Shown: piece by piece, positions 42,283 to 53,508 of the stretch
Layout: every line of letters starts with the position of its first letter
Position numbering within the stretch: position 1 is the first letter of the stretch
Origin: a candidate division WOR-3 bacterium
Lineage (GTDB): Bacteria > Hydrothermota > Tepidihabitantia > Tepidihabitantales > Tepidihabitantaceae
Assembly (NCBI GenBank): GCA_965649295.1
Contig: CBFGKH010000003.1
Location: 160,001-224,000 of the forward strand
Length of the DNA stretch: 64,000 nt
Direction: 5' to 3'
The notes under the pieces: model-generated
What the model was told of the DNA's origin: nothing
What the model saw: only the letters and a program-made list of their open reading frames with translations
The model's database searches: none
Position numbers and translations under genes: made by a program

Positions 42283-43668
42283 ATGAAGCTCTACGACACC
42301 CTATCCCGCCAGAAGACTGAGTTTGTGCCGCTGCGGCCTGGCCGCGTTGGCATCTACACCTGTGGCCCAACAGTCTATATGTACGCCCATATCGGCAACT
42401 TCCGCGCCTACGTCTTCAGCGACACCCTCCGTCGTGTCCTTGAGTATCTTGGCTACCAGGTTGAGCACGTGATGAACATCACCGACGTCGGTCATCTCAC
42501 GAGCGACGGGGACACCGGTGAGGACAAACTCGAAAAGGGGGCGCGCGCCAGCGGCCGCACCCCTGAGGAGATTGCCCGTTTCTACGAGGCCGCGTTCTGG
42601 CAGGACGCGGACAGATTGAACATCCTGCGGCCAACTCGGGTCTGCCGGGCCACCGAGCACATCAGCGACATGATTGAACTCATCAAGCGCATCGAGGCCA
42701 ACGGTTTTGCCTACAAGACGAGTGTCGGCCTGATATTCGACACCGGCAAGTACCCCGACTACGCCCGCCTGGCGCGCCTCAATCTGGCTGAGCAACAGGC
42801 CGGTGCCCGGGTCGCAGTCGACCCAGAACGCCGCAACCCAGCCGACTTTGCTCTCTGGATTACTAACCAGCCGAATCACCTGATGCAATGGGACTCGCCC
42901 TGGGGTCGGGGTTTTCCTGGCTGGCATATCGAGTGCTCGGCGATGTCAATCAAGTATCTCGGTGAGGAGTTCGACATTCACACCGGTGGCATTGACCACG
43001 TGCCGGTCCACCACACCAACGAACGTGCCCAGAACTTCGCTGCCACCGGCAAGGAAGTGGTCCGACGCTGGATGCACAACGCCTTTCTCACTATTGGCGA
43101 TGCCCGGATGGGTAAGTCCGAAGGCAACCTTATCACCCTTTCCGAACTGGCTGAACGCGGGTTCTCACCTGCCGCTTTTCGCTACCTCTGCCACACCGCG
43201 CTCTACCGAATGCCACTCAGCTATACTGTTGAGTCAATTACCAGCGCCCGCAATTCGCTGGCTGGCCTAGTTGAGTTCGGCCGCAACGCCCAAACCTGGC
43301 CAACCAAGGATACTGATTGGACCAGTGGCTATCGCACCGAGTTCGAAGCCGCGATTGCCGATGACCTGAACATTCCCCAGGCTCTGGCCACAGTCTGGAG
43401 CGTGGTGAAAGAAGGCAACAAGCGCCAGGATCGTGCTGCTTGGCAGACACTACTCGACTTTGACCGAGTGCTCGGGCTTGGGCTGGACCGGCTGGTTGCT
43501 GGCCAAGCTGAAGTGCCAAGCGAGGTAGTCGAGCTGGCCAGACAGCGCGAAGCCGCTCGCCAGACCAAGAACTGGCCTGAGTCCGACCGCCTCCGCCAAC
43601 TGATTGCCGAAAAAGGCTTTCTTGTCGAGGACACGCCCCAGGGCTTTCGACTGAAACCGCGTCCTTGA
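42283..43668 (+). CDS. cysS: Cysteine--tRNA ligase
   Basis: [36 protein letters not shown] (KMSKS-like). Confidence 0.97.
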   Translation: MKLYDTLSRQKTEFVPLRPGRVGIYTCGPTVYMYAHIGNFRAYVFSDTLRRVLEYLGYQVEHVMNITDVGHLTSDGDTGEDKLEKGARASGRTPEEIARFYEAAFWQDADRLNILRPTRVCRATEHISDMIELIKRIEANGFAYKTSVGLIFDTGKYPDYARLARLNLAEQQAGARVAVDPERRNPADFALWITNQPNHLMQWDSPWGRGFPGWHIECSAMSIKYLGEEFDIHTGGIDHVPVHHTNERAQNFAATGKEVVRRWMHNAFLTIGDARMGKSEGNLITLSELAERGFSPAAFRYLCHTALYRMPLSYTVESITSARNSLAGLVEFGRNAQTWPTKDTDWTSGYRTEFEAAIADDLNIPQALATVWSVVKEGNKRQDRAAWQTLLDFDRVLGLGLDRLVAGQAEVPSEVVELARQREAARQTKNWPESDRLRQLIAEKGFLVEDTPQGFRLKPRP

Positions 43669-43777
43669 CTCCAACCCCCAGTTTCGTATCATTTGCCCAG
43701 TCAGGTTCAGGAAGCGTCCGGTAAACGCTGAGGGCCGTTGGCCTGTCAGCATTCCGGAACGCTTGGAGCCTTGTCAC

Positions 43778-43850
<73 letters not shown>

Positions 43851-43857
43851 TTCTCCC

Positions 43858-44733
43858 ATGACCAGAACTCAGACCATTATCCTCGTCAGTGTTGCCATCG
43901 GCCTTGTCCTCATCCTCTCGGTTATCATTGGTCTCATCACTGTCAGCCGTCTCTTGGGCGACGGGCTTCAGTTCGGCCGGGGCCTTGGCTACCTTGAGGT
44001 TGAAGGCACCATCGTTGCCGCCGACGACATCGTTGATGACCTAAAAGAACTCGCTGCCAACCCAGCGGTCAAGGGAATCCTGATTCGGGTCAATAGTCCG
44101 GGCGGCGTCGTAACGCCCTCCCACGAAATCTACTCGGAAATCCGACGTATCCGCGACGAGGGCACACCGGTAATCGTGGCGATGGGTTCACTGGCTGCCT
44201 CTGGCGGTTACTACATCGCCGCACCGGCCAACCTGATTATCGCTAACCCCCAGACCTTAACTGGCTCGATTGGCGTGATTATGGAGTTTCCTGAGGTCAC
44301 CGGCGCAATGCAGAAACTTGGGCTCAAGGTTGAGGTCGTCAAATCGTCTGCCCACAAAGACATCGGCTCACCGTTCCGGCCGATGACTGATTCCGACCGG
44401 ACTCTGCTCCAGTCAGTCGTCAACGACGCCTACGAGCAGTTCGTCACGATTGTCAGCACTGAACGGAAGATACCCGAGGACTCGGTTCGCAAGTTTGCCG
44501 ATGGCCGGATTCTGACCGGCCGCCAGGCCTTAGCTTTTGGCCTTGTTGATACGCTTGCGACATTCGAAGAAGCCAAGCTGATTGCTGCCGAGTACTGTGG
44601 AATCAAAGGCGAGCCACGCCTGATCAAGCCGGCCCGCAAACTTCGCTTCTGGCTTCGGCGACTGCTGGAAGAAACTTCGAGTCGGTTGCTGGGTGGGTTG
44701 CGCTCTCCCCGCCTCAGCTACCTCTGCTACTGA
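43858..44733 (+). CDS. sppA: Signal peptide peptidase SppA (S49, 36K type)
   Basis: RVNSPGG, AASGGYYIA, TGSIGV and GLVD motifs. Confidence 0.93.
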   Translation: MTRTQTIILVSVAIGLVLILSVIIGLITVSRLLGDGLQFGRGLGYLEVEGTIVAADDIVDDLKELAANPAVKGILIRVNSPGGVVTPSHEIYSEIRRIRDEGTPVIVAMGSLAASGGYYIAAPANLIIANPQTLTGSIGVIMEFPEVTGAMQKLGLKVEVVKSSAHKDIGSPFRPMTDSDRTLLQSVVNDAYEQFVTIVSTERKIPEDSVRKFADGRILTGRQALAFGLVDTLATFEEAKLIAAEYCGIKGEPRLIKPARKLRFWLRRLLEETSSRLLGGLRSPRLSYLCY

Positions 44734-44748
44734 CCAGGCTAGCTCTGG

Positions 44749-45126
44749 TCACAGTCCGGTCGGCGCTGGCCGTCCCTTGACCGCCACTTCAACCTGGCGC
44801 CGCGCCCGCCGCAGCAACTGTTTCGCTTCGCGCAGACTGGCCTCGGCCGGACCAAGCTCAGTCGCCGAGCTGATTTGACCAAGTCGGGCCCGGACATCGG
44901 CGAGTAACTGACCGGCCTCAACCGCACCTGGCGCGTTCGGGACTGCTCGAGCCAGCTTCTTCTCCAAACGCTCAACCTGCCGCAACGATTGCACCGCGTC
45001 AGCCCGAATCGTCTCAATCGTCACCGTCCGGACCGGAACCGGCCGACTGCGCGGCGAAAAAATGAAAACCAGACCGGCAATAACAATAATCGCCACTAAC
45101 GACCAGACAATGATTCGGGTTTTCAA
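44749..45126 (-). CDS. Hypothetical membrane-anchored helical protein (paralog of 45259-45630)
   Basis: N-terminal TM, amphipathic helices, LREAKQLLR; GAGGAGG SD. Confidence 0.7.
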   Translation of the reverse strand: MKTRIIVWSLVAIIVIAGLVFIFSPRSRPVPVRTVTIETIRADAVQSLRQVERLEKKLARAVPNAPGAVEAGQLLADVRARLGQISSATELGPAEASLREAKQLLRRARRQVEVAVKGRPAPTGL

Positions 45127-45207
45127 CCGAACCTCCTCAAAGAAAAGAAACCGTTGCTCACGCGGTCAGTATAGCCGGGCTCAAGGCCCCGTCAACACCA
45201 AACCGAT

Positions 45208-45236
45208 GCCGGCCCGGTAGTCGTACCGGGCCGGCC
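45208..45236. terminator. GC-rich hairpin between the two small paralogs
   Basis: GCCGGCCCGGTA-GTCG-TACCGGGCCGGC. Confidence 0.55.
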
Positions 45237-45258
45237 GGAATACAGTTAGCTTCGCAAC

Positions 45259-45630
45259 TCACTCTTCGTCGCCACCGCGGCCGGTCGCCTCCCGCAAGAG
45301 CCTCTTGGCCTCACGCATCGCCGTGTTGACTTCCTCCATCTTCTGCTTTGACTGAGCAGCCGGTGCATCAGTCATGCCCTGCAGTTCCTGCAAAGCGGTC
45401 CTGGCCTTGTTAATCTCGTCGGTAATCTTCTGGGCAACATCAGGTGCGAGTCCAGCCTTACTGACCCTCGTTTCAAGCTTGTCCAGCCGCGGGCCGGTGA
45501 CCTCAACAAACCGCGACGCATCCAACGGCTTGCCTTCTTTGGGTCGAGTTATCAGCAGTATGGCGGCCACGACAACCAGCACGCCCACTATAACCCAGAT
45601 TACCACCCGGCTCTTGCTACCTTGTGCCAT
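45259..45630 (-). CDS. Hypothetical membrane-anchored helical protein
   Basis: N-terminal TM, helices, MREAKRLLR; AGGAGG SD. Confidence 0.72.
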   Translation of the reverse strand: MAQGSKSRVVIWVIVGVLVVVAAILLITRPKEGKPLDASRFVEVTGPRLDKLETRVSKAGLAPDVAQKITDEINKARTALQELQGMTDAPAAQSKQKMEEVNTAMREAKRLLREATGRGGDEE

Positions 45631-45714
45631 TGCTCCTCCTTTGTGAGCTCTTGCCGGACCGTCGCGCCGGGCGGCGTGTCGGTCCGGGTTCGTTTTCTCG
45701 CTGCGACCGAGTCT

Positions 45715-48705
45715 TCACTCGGCCACATTCTTACCACAACAACGTTTATATTTCTTGCCCGATCCACACGGGCAAGGGTCGTTTCTACCCACCTTCGGCG
45801 CGTCACGCCGAGCCGGTACAACCGTCGGCGCCGCTGTTTCGGCTTCCTCGGTAGCACCGGCGTCCGGCTTGTAGGCCCGCACCGCTGCTCGAGTAGTTGG
45901 TTTTGGTCGCCGGTCATCAGCCTGGACCTGGGCGCGAAACAACACCGTCAGCGCCTCGCGATAGAGGTCGCCAAGCATCTCATCGAACATCCGGAAAGAC
46001 TCCTGCTTATATTCAATCAAGGGGTCTTTCTGGCCATACGCCCGCAGACCGATGCCCTCCCGCAGCAGGTCAAGCGAATAGAGATGGTCCCGCCACTTAC
46101 TGTCAATCGTCCGCAGAAAGACATAGCGGGCCACATCCCGAAACAACTCGGCGCCCAGCTCCTCCTGGCGCTCATCATAGCGACGAGCGGCAATGTCTGT
46201 CAACATCTGACGCAGGCTCGCGGCCGTTACCCGCTGCCGTTCCTCCTCCCCTAGCGAAAGGTCGGCAAGCAAAGTCACCCCTAGCTCGGCACGCAGCCCT
46301 TCCCAGTCCCACTCCGCCGGATACTTGGAATTGGCGCTGATTCTGGCCACCAGCCGCTCTGCCAATCCGGCTGCCATTTCCTCAAAAACCGGCCGCAGGT
46401 CCGCCTCACGCAGCACCGTATCCCGCATCGTGTAGATAACATCACGCTGTCGGTTCATCACATCATCGTATTCCAGTAGATGGCGCCGAATCTCAGCATT
46501 CCGAATCTCCACCCGCCTCTGGGCTCCTTCCAGCGCCCGCGTGACCAGCGGATGCTCAATCGGCTCATCCTCCTTGGCGCCAAACCGGTCCATGATTGCC
46601 GCCACTCGCTCGGAACCGAACAGCCGCATCAGGTCGTCCTCCAGCGAAAGGTAGAAGCGTGACGAACCCGGGTCACCCTGACGACCGGCACGACCCCGCA
46701 ACTGATTGTCAATCCGCCGAGCCTCGTGTCGTTCGGTGCCGATGATATGGAGTCCACAGGGCACCTCGGCAAGGCAGCGTCCCGGCTGCTCTTCCCAGTA
46801 GGCGCAAGGACGCCCACTGGGTTTGACAAGGTAGCAGCCCTCCCCCTTGACCACACCCGGCCCCAGCTTGATATCGGTACCGCGGCCGGCCATGTTCGTC
46901 GCGATTGTCACTGCACCGGCCTGACCGGCCTTGGCCACAATCTCGGCCTCCCGTTGATGCTGCTTGGCATTTAGCACCTCATGGTTGATGCCCCGACGCC
47001 GTAACATGCGCGAGATAACTTCTGATACTTCAACCGACGTTGTGCCGACCAGCACCGGCCGGCCGAGCTTGTGCCATTTCTCGATCTCATTGAGCACAGC
47101 GTCATATTTGGCCGCTCTCGTCTTGTAAACCACATCGGAGTAGTCAATACGACGCACCGGCTCATTAGTCGGAATCGTGACTACGTCCAGCTTGTAAGTA
47201 CGGTAAAACTCGTCAGCCGAAGTCAGAGCTGTACCAGTCATCCCAGCCAGCTTGTGATACATCCGGAAGTAATTCTGCAGCGTGATGGTTGCAAACGTTT
47301 GGGTTTCGCCTTGAACCACAACGTTCTCTTTCGCCTCCAGCGCTGAATGCAATCCGTCGGAGAAACGTCGTCCCGGCATCAGTCGGCCGGTGAACTCATC
47401 CACGATAATCACCTTGCCGTCCTGAATCACGTAGTCCACGTCTTTCTCAAAAAGCGAGAACGCCTTGAGCAGGGCATGAAAGCTATGCAGCATGTCGCTT
47501 TTCTGGGCATAGCGCAGGTAGGCTTGCTCGCGTTTGTGCGCCTTCTCTCGCGGCGAGAGAGTCTCGTCTTTGTCAATTCGACCAAGCTCCTCGCTCAGGT
47601 CAGGCAGAATAAAAGCATTAGGGTCATTGGGCGCCAGTTCCTGCCGGCCTTTCTCCGAAAGATTGATCGAGTGGTCCCGTTCGTCAATCACGAAGTAGAG
47701 ACTCTCATCAATCTCCGGGAACCGCTTGTCACGAATAAAGCTGAGTTCGGTTGAGTCAACGAGCTTCTTTACCCCCTCCTGGCGCTCCACCTTAACCAGC
47801 CGCTTGTTCTTGGGTGAACCACGCCGGGCCTGCAGCAGTTTTACTGCCGCCTCCGCTTGTTTACCCTCAGCCAGCAGCTTTTCCGCCTCATCAACCAGCC
47901 GGTTCACCAGCAGCTGCTGCTGGTTGAAAAGCCGCCGCACCAGCGGTGTCAGCCGCTCGTAGCCCTTGTCCTGGGTTTCAACCGGACCTGAGATAATCAG
48001 TGGTGTTCGGGCCTCGTCAATCAGGATTGAGTCAACCTCATCAACAATCGCATAGTGGTGTCCGCGCTGTACCTTGTCCTCCCAGCGACCGACCATGTTG
48101 TCGCGCAGGTAATCGAATCCGAACTCATTATTCGTACCGTAGGTGACGTCTGCCGCATACTGAGGCTTGCGCTCTTCCGGCTCCATCCCCTGCTGAATAC
48201 AGCCTACCGTCAGGCCCAGTTGTTCAAGTACCGGCCCCATCCACTCCCGGTCGCGCCGGGCCAAGTAGTCATTGACTGTTACTAGATGGGCACCCTTCTT
48301 CTGCAGCGCGTTCAGATAGAGCGGCATCGTCGCCACCAGTGTTTTGCCTTCACCGGTTCGCATCTCCGCAATCTTGCCCTCGTGTAGCACCACACCGCCG
48401 ATTAGCTGTACGTCGAAAGGCACCATCTGCCATTCCTGCATCGTGTCCACTACCGGCCAGCTCTTGCCCACCAGCAGCTTGCAGGAGAGCTTCACCAGCG
48501 CAAACGCCTCTGGCACGAGGTCGTCAAGTGACTCACCATCAGCCACTCGCTTCACTAGCTCTTCGGTCTTCTTTGGCAGGTCACTGGCCGACAGCCCAGC
48601 GAGCGAATCATACGTCCGGTTGATATCGGCGACAACCTGCCAGAGCCGCTTTAGTTCGCGGTCGTTATTGGTGCCAAACAGTGCGCCCAGTATCTTATCG
48701 AGCAT
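45715..48705 (-). CDS. secA: Preprotein translocase SecA
   Basis: [51 protein letters not shown]-terminal [17 protein letters not shown]. Confidence 0.98.
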   Translation of the reverse strand: MLDKILGALFGTNNDRELKRLWQVVADINRTYDSLAGLSASDLPKKTEELVKRVADGESLDDLVPEAFALVKLSCKLLVGKSWPVVDTMQEWQMVPFDVQLIGGVVLHEGKIAEMRTGEGKTLVATMPLYLNALQKKGAHLVTVNDYLARRDREWMGPVLEQLGLTVGCIQQGMEPEERKPQYAADVTYGTNNEFGFDYLRDNMVGRWEDKVQRGHHYAIVDEVDSILIDEARTPLIISGPVETQDKGYERLTPLVRRLFNQQQLLVNRLVDEAEKLLAEGKQAEAAVKLLQARRGSPKNKRLVKVERQEGVKKLVDSTELSFIRDKRFPEIDESLYFVIDERDHSINLSEKGRQELAPNDPNAFILPDLSEELGRIDKDETLSPREKAHKREQAYLRYAQKSDMLHSFHALLKAFSLFEKDVDYVIQDGKVIIVDEFTGRLMPGRRFSDGLHSALEAKENVVVQGETQTFATITLQNYFRMYHKLAGMTGTALTSADEFYRTYKLDVVTIPTNEPVRRIDYSDVVYKTRAAKYDAVLNEIEKWHKLGRPVLVGTTSVEVSEVISRMLRRRGINHEVLNAKQHQREAEIVAKAGQAGAVTIATNMAGRGTDIKLGPGVVKGEGCYLVKPSGRPCAYWEEQPGRCLAEVPCGLHIIGTERHEARRIDNQLRGRAGRQGDPGSSRFYLSLEDDLMRLFGSERVAAIMDRFGAKEDEPIEHPLVTRALEGAQRRVEIRNAEIRRHLLEYDDVMNRQRDVIYTMRDTVLREADLRPVFEEMAAGLAERLVARISANSKYPAEWDWEGLRAELGVTLLADLSLGEEERQRVTAASLRQMLTDIAARRYDERQEELGAELFRDVARYVFLRTIDSKWRDHLYSLDLLREGIGLRAYGQKDPLIEYKQESFRMFDEMLGDLYREALTVLFRAQVQADDRRPKPTTRAAVRAYKPDAGATEEAETAAPTVVPARRDAPKVGRNDPCPCGSGKKYKRCCGKNVAE

Positions 48706-48795
48706 CGCTTTGAAAGATGATGATTCTAGTCTTCGCCAGAAGACTGTCAAGGAACCGTCAGAAAGACAAGGACTTGGGTGAGGAGGCGATTCTAT

Positions 48796-48974
48796 TTGAC
48801 AGAACTGTTAGTTTTGATATAATCTCTTACGAATTGGAACGGACTGAACGCGGTGCGTTCCCAGAAATTGGTTCTTTACACAGAGTGAGTGGCGACCTGC
48901 TGCCACTCGGCAGGAGTGAGAGGCGGCTTCTAGCTGCTGAAACCCGGGGAGGTCCCCGGGTTTCGCTTTCTCTT
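48796..48974 (+). ncRNA. Candidate ~140-nt non-coding RNA with consensus promoter, boxA-like site and terminator
   Basis: TTGACA-16-TATAAT (48796-48823), GGTTCTTTACA (48870-48880), several hairpins, GAAACCCGGGG/CCCCGGGTTTC terminator; no convincing ORF. Confidence 0.55.
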
Positions 48975-49007
48975 CCCTGACTTGTTTGTGCCGGCTATAA
49001 TTGCCTG

Positions 49008-50339
49008 ATGCCGCGGCTCAAACATCCTACAACCCCAGCGCCTCCGGTGATCACGGAACTTGGTGACTCGCCGCTTGCCGACCGAATCCGGCCGACAACT
49101 CTCGACGAAATAGTCGGCCAGGCCCACCTGCTTGGCAAGGGCAAACCCTTCCGCCGGATGATTGAACGCGGCGAGCCTCACTCGATGATCCTCTGGGGAC
49201 CACCTGGCTCTGGCAAGACCACGCTAGCCCTTGCCATTGCCCGCTACACTCAGGCTCGGTTCGTCCAACTCTCGGCAGTGACATCCTCAATCGCTGATGT
49301 CAGAGATGTAGTAAAACAGGCGGAGTTCGAGCGGAAAGCCCACAATCGCCGAACCATTCTCTTCATTGATGAAATCCACCGCTTCAACAAAGCCCAGCAA
49401 GATGCATTTCTGCCGCACGTCGAATCCGGCCGCATCATCCTCATCGGCGCAACGACCGAGAATCCGTCCTTCGAGGTCATTGCCCCTCTCCTATCTCGTT
49501 GCCGTGTCTATGTGCTCGAACCGCTTGCCCCGGACGACATCAAAACCCTGCTCAACCGGGCACTCAGAAGTGGAACCGGTCTTGGCCCTGCCGAGTGTCG
49601 TATTACTGCTGACGCGCTCGATTATATCGTCATGGTGGCTCAAGGTGATGCCCGTTCCGCACTGACCGCACTCGAACTGGCCGTCAGCAGTCCCGAACCC
49701 GACCCTAGGGGCCGAAGAACAGTCACCTCCCAACTCGTCAAAGACGTCATCCAACGCAAGTTCTTGCTCTACGACAAGTCGGGTGAACAACACTTCAACC
49801 TAATATCGGCGCTACACAAATCACTGCGCGACTCTGACCCGGATGGTGCCCTCTACTGGCTGGCACGAATGCTCGAAGCCGGCGAAGACCCGCTCTACAT
49901 CGCCCGCCGGTTGGTCCGCTTCGCCTCCGAGGACATCGGTCTTGCCAGTCCCAACGCGCTTGTCATCGCCAACGCTGCCCGTGAGGCCTGCGAGTTCATC
50001 GGCATGCCTGAAGGTAACACTGCACTTGCCCAGGCTGTCATCTATCTTGCGCTCGCGCCGAAATCTAACAGTGTCTATGTCGCCTACACCGCAGCCAAGG
50101 AAGATGCGCTCAACACTGTTACCGAACCGGTACCACTTCACCTCCGCAACGCACCCACCACCCTAATGAAACGTCTCGACTACGGTAAAGGCTACAAGTA
50201 TGCCCACGATTTCGAAGGCGCGATCGTGGACCAGGAGCACTTGCCAGAAGCGCTCAGAGGCCGTAGGTATTACCAGCCGACCGACCGCGGTTTCGAGGCG
50301 GAACTGCGCAAGCGTCACAAGCCCGAGACCAAAGCATAG
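49008..50339 (+). CDS. rarA: Replication-associated recombination protein RarA/MgsA
   Basis: [50 protein letters not shown]. Confidence 0.96.
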   Translation: MPRLKHPTTPAPPVITELGDSPLADRIRPTTLDEIVGQAHLLGKGKPFRRMIERGEPHSMILWGPPGSGKTTLALAIARYTQARFVQLSAVTSSIADVRDVVKQAEFERKAHNRRTILFIDEIHRFNKAQQDAFLPHVESGRIILIGATTENPSFEVIAPLLSRCRVYVLEPLAPDDIKTLLNRALRSGTGLGPAECRITADALDYIVMVAQGDARSALTALELAVSSPEPDPRGRRTVTSQLVKDVIQRKFLLYDKSGEQHFNLISALHKSLRDSDPDGALYWLARMLEAGEDPLYIARRLVRFASEDIGLASPNALVIANAAREACEFIGMPEGNTALAQAVIYLALAPKSNSVYVAYTAAKEDALNTVTEPVPLHLRNAPTTLMKRLDYGKGYKYAHDFEGAIVDQEHLPEALRGRRYYQPTDRGFEAELRKRHKPETKA

Positions 50340-50472
50340 CCCCGGCTAGACCAGCAACAACGGTTGCGAACCTAGCCGTCAATTACCCCAGGTCGCTGTC
50401 CCCAAGGCAACAGAAAAGCACACAGCAGCCGGTGTTCCCAGCTGCTGTGTGCGGAACTCGCTATTCCAGGCG

Positions 50473-53343
50473 CTACTTCTCAACAACCAGTTTCTGTGTT
50501 CGTACCTCACTCCCCGCCAGCAGTTTGACGAGATAGACTCCTGCCGGCAGCTGGCGTAAGTCAAGAGACTGTGTCCGCGGGCTAACAGGATGTATCGGTA
50601 GCGTAAAAACACGACGACCTAGAGCGTCATAGATCGATATCGAACCCACCTGTCCGATAGGCCCAGTATTGAGGCAAGCGAAGCCGGAGCGGAGTGGATT
50701 CGGCCCAAGCGTGATAGCGAATTGCTGACCGTCGCTTACCGGCCTGCCAGCTACTCCTTCCCCTAGGCGGCTCACTCTATCAGCATCACTTCCTATGTTA
50801 TAGGCGTAGAAATCAAATGTCTTGTTACCACGAAAAGCCCAGACCCGACCATCACCGAAGGCAAGCGCACCACCACCTTTGACAACTTTCGTGTTGGGGA
50901 CGCGCGGCATCGACTCCAGTTCTACCCACGTATCGACATCGGTATAGTAAGCCCAGAATTCAGTTGAGCCGCCCTTCAAACAGTAGATGACGTTATTGTT
51001 GTAAGCAAGTGCGGTGCCGAGCTTGGCCTTGCGTTTCTTGGCCGCGGCGCCAACTATTGGCAGTGAACGTTTCTCATACCAAGTGTCCAGCTCCATGTCG
51101 TATTGGAAGAACTCATTGTAACCGCCTTTGAGCGCGTAAAGAGTACCACCAGCATTGATGAGACAACTCCCATCACCCATCCCTCGTCGTGACGCACCCT
51201 GGGCACCTGGCATCGGTCGTTTTGCAACCCAGGAATCGCCCTGTACGTGGAAGGCATAGAACTCAAAAGTCTTGCTGCCTTTCATCGCGTAAACCCAGTA
51301 CTGACCGCTGGGAGTATGACGATAGAAGGCCAGTCCGGAACCACCCTTGAGCCGCTTGCGGTCTGGACCGATTGGCATCGTCTCCAAAGGAATCCAGGTA
51401 TCGCGGATGATATCATACTTCCAAAACTCACTTGTACCGTTCCCCTTGAGAGCAAAGACAAGGGTGTCATAGCGGTCATAGGCTAGAGCCGCACCCTTCT
51501 TGACTGCCTTACGCTTGCTACCGGAATAGCGCAACGATTCAAGGGTCACCCAAGAGTCGCCCGTAACATCAAAACGGTAGAACTCATTCGTTCCGTTGCC
51601 CTTGAGGGCAAAGACCGAGAAACGGCTCGCGTTGTGCCGACCATAGCAGAGCGACGCGCCATCCTTCACTGCCTTGCCCAATGGACCGCCTGGCACCGAC
51701 CGCATCTGCACCCAGCCCGGCGTTACTGTCCAACGGAAGGTAAATACTCCTGACGCGGTATCGTTCTGGTGATAAAGGTCACCGGTCAGTGCAGTGGAAC
51801 AGCGAATCGTATAGTCACCCTCACCACCGGTGAATGCCTTGAATGCCACCGTCTGCTGGCTGTTAGCAGCTAGACCATAGACATACTGGATGTCATCGTA
51901 GATTAGTGTCGCCCCCAGGAAAATCCGTAGCCTGACTGCGGCAGTCTCGGCCTTCACACCATAGTTGCGGATGGTCGCCTGAGGCGCAACTGGCCGTGGC
52001 GGCATGGTGCCTTGCGGCGCGGTGATCGCAACGACACCGAAGTCACGTTCACAGTACTTCAGTGTTAGGAGGTCGAAACCCGATGCATCAGCGTGACTCT
52101 CACCTGTCACGTAGAAAACACCGTCACTGGCCACGGCAATTGCCAACGCCTCGTCGTCGAATGGCGGCGAATTGTAGTAACGCGTTACCCAGAGCTGATT
52201 CCCAAGCGTATCATACCCAACCGTGGCGATCTCCGGATTGTCGGCCCGGACGCTGAAACCAGTCACATAGACTCGGTTTCCACGCACCGCGATCGCCGTG
52301 GCACTGTCCTGGTTGTTCCCCTGACCAGTGTAACGGGCACTCCAGCGCTGATTGCCATCCTTGTCAAAACTGATTGTCAGGTAGTCCTCATCGTTACCGA
52401 CACCGACAGACCAGCCGGTGACGTAGCTGGTGAAGTTTGGTGCAATGACAACCGCCGTGGGCCAGTCCTCGTCATTGACCGGGCCGTTATAGGTGCGGGT
52501 CCAGCGGAGACTTCCAGTAGCTGAGAACTTCGCGACCATGTAGTCATCCATCGTTGCACCAGCCCAGATCGCTCCTGCAACTACAACATGGCCAGAGTCA
52601 TCCACCGCGACAGCAGTGCCGATATCGTCGTTGTTGGCAGGCCCATCGAGCGATTGCCGCCAGTCAAGAGTCCCGTTCTCAAGAACCCGCGCAACCATGA
52701 TGTCGTAGGTCCCATACAGGTCGCGGCAAGAACCGCCGATGTAGATGTTACGACTAGGACTAACCGCGATAGCAGCAGCCATTGAGCTACCATCGCCATA
52801 GGCTGATGGCACCAATGTTGCCCAAGACTGCAGCCCGGCCGGGCTATACTTAACTACAACTGCCTGGTCAACACTACCAACCCGAGCACGGCCAGCAACA
52901 CAGACGTAACCCAGATTGTCAACGCAGAGCGCGGCCGGACTATCGCTGCCGCTGGCCGGGCCGTTGTAGCGTCGTGTCCAGAGTGTATCACCGCTCACAG
53001 CATCATATTTGATTGTAAGAAAGTCGTCCCCACTCGGTCCCGTCACCAACACACCGGCAGTGACTGGGTCATAGGCAATGGCAACGCCCTCATCATCACT
53101 AGCGCTGCCAAACTGATGCTGCCAGAGAACCGTTCCGGTTGGACTATACTTTATCGTGATAAAATCTTTACCGGTGCCAGCAGTAGTCACGTAGCCAGTG
53201 ACATAGGCATTGCCCAATGGATCAGTGGCAATTGCCTGGGCACGGTCGTAGGCGGCACCAGCACTGCTGTGACGAGCCGACCATGTCCAACCAAACAGCA
53301 GTGCCGGCACAAGTCCGAACAGCACAATCCGTCTTCCCATCAC
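50473..53343 (-). CDS. Secreted SBBP-like propeller, CARDB, Kelch-like propeller, T9SS-type CTD protein
   Basis: GN.YVTG...D..TIKY repeats; KGN.T.EF repeats; PNP...YDALGR...GVYLV...KLVVEK. Confidence 0.82.
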   Translation of the reverse strand: MMGRRIVLFGLVPALLFGWTWSARHSSAGAAYDRAQAIATDPLGNAYVTGYVTTAGTGKDFITIKYSPTGTVLWQHQFGSASDDEGVAIAYDPVTAGVLVTGPSGDDFLTIKYDAVSGDTLWTRRYNGPASGSDSPAALCVDNLGYVCVAGRARVGSVDQAVVVKYSPAGLQSWATLVPSAYGDGSSMAAAIAVSPSRNIYIGGSCRDLYGTYDIMVARVLENGTLDWRQSLDGPANNDDIGTAVAVDDSGHVVVAGAIWAGATMDDYMVAKFSATGSLRWTRTYNGPVNDEDWPTAVVIAPNFTSYVTGWSVGVGNDEDYLTISFDKDGNQRWSARYTGQGNNQDSATAIAVRGNRVYVTGFSVRADNPEIATVGYDTLGNQLWVTRYYNSPPFDDEALAIAVASDGVFYVTGESHADASGFDLLTLKYCERDFGVVAITAPQGTMPPRPVAPQATIRNYGVKAETAAVRLRIFLGATLIYDDIQYVYGLAANSQQTVAFKAFTGGEGDYTIRCSTALTGDLYHQNDTASGVFTFRWTVTPGWVQMRSVPGGPLGKAVKDGASLCYGRHNASRFSVFALKGNGTNEFYRFDVTGDSWVTLESLRYSGSKRKAVKKGAALAYDRYDTLVFALKGNGTSEFWKYDIIRDTWIPLETMPIGPDRKRLKGGSGLAFYRHTPSGQYWVYAMKGSKTFEFYAFHVQGDSWVAKRPMPGAQGASRRGMGDGSCLINAGGTLYALKGGYNEFFQYDMELDTWYEKRSLPIVGAAAKKRKAKLGTALAYNNNVIYCLKGGSTEFWAYYTDVDTWVELESMPRVPNTKVVKGGGALAFGDGRVWAFRGNKTFDFYAYNIGSDADRVSRLGEGVAGRPVSDGQQFAITLGPNPLRSGFACLNTGPIGQVGSISIYDALGRRVFTLPIHPVSPRTQSLDLRQLPAGVYLVKLLAGSEVRTQKLVVEK

Positions 53344-53508
53344 TTACCTCCAGATTGCGGCTATCGATAGCGAAAGACAATCCGGCAGAGTATCAACTGC
53401 GCTGCCGTCCGAAAAGCTAACTCTTGCCGGTATCGTAATATATACTACCACCAACCCATTGCGAGTCAATCTAGCTTTACAGCTGCACATTGACAAGTAT
53501 ATTAGACC

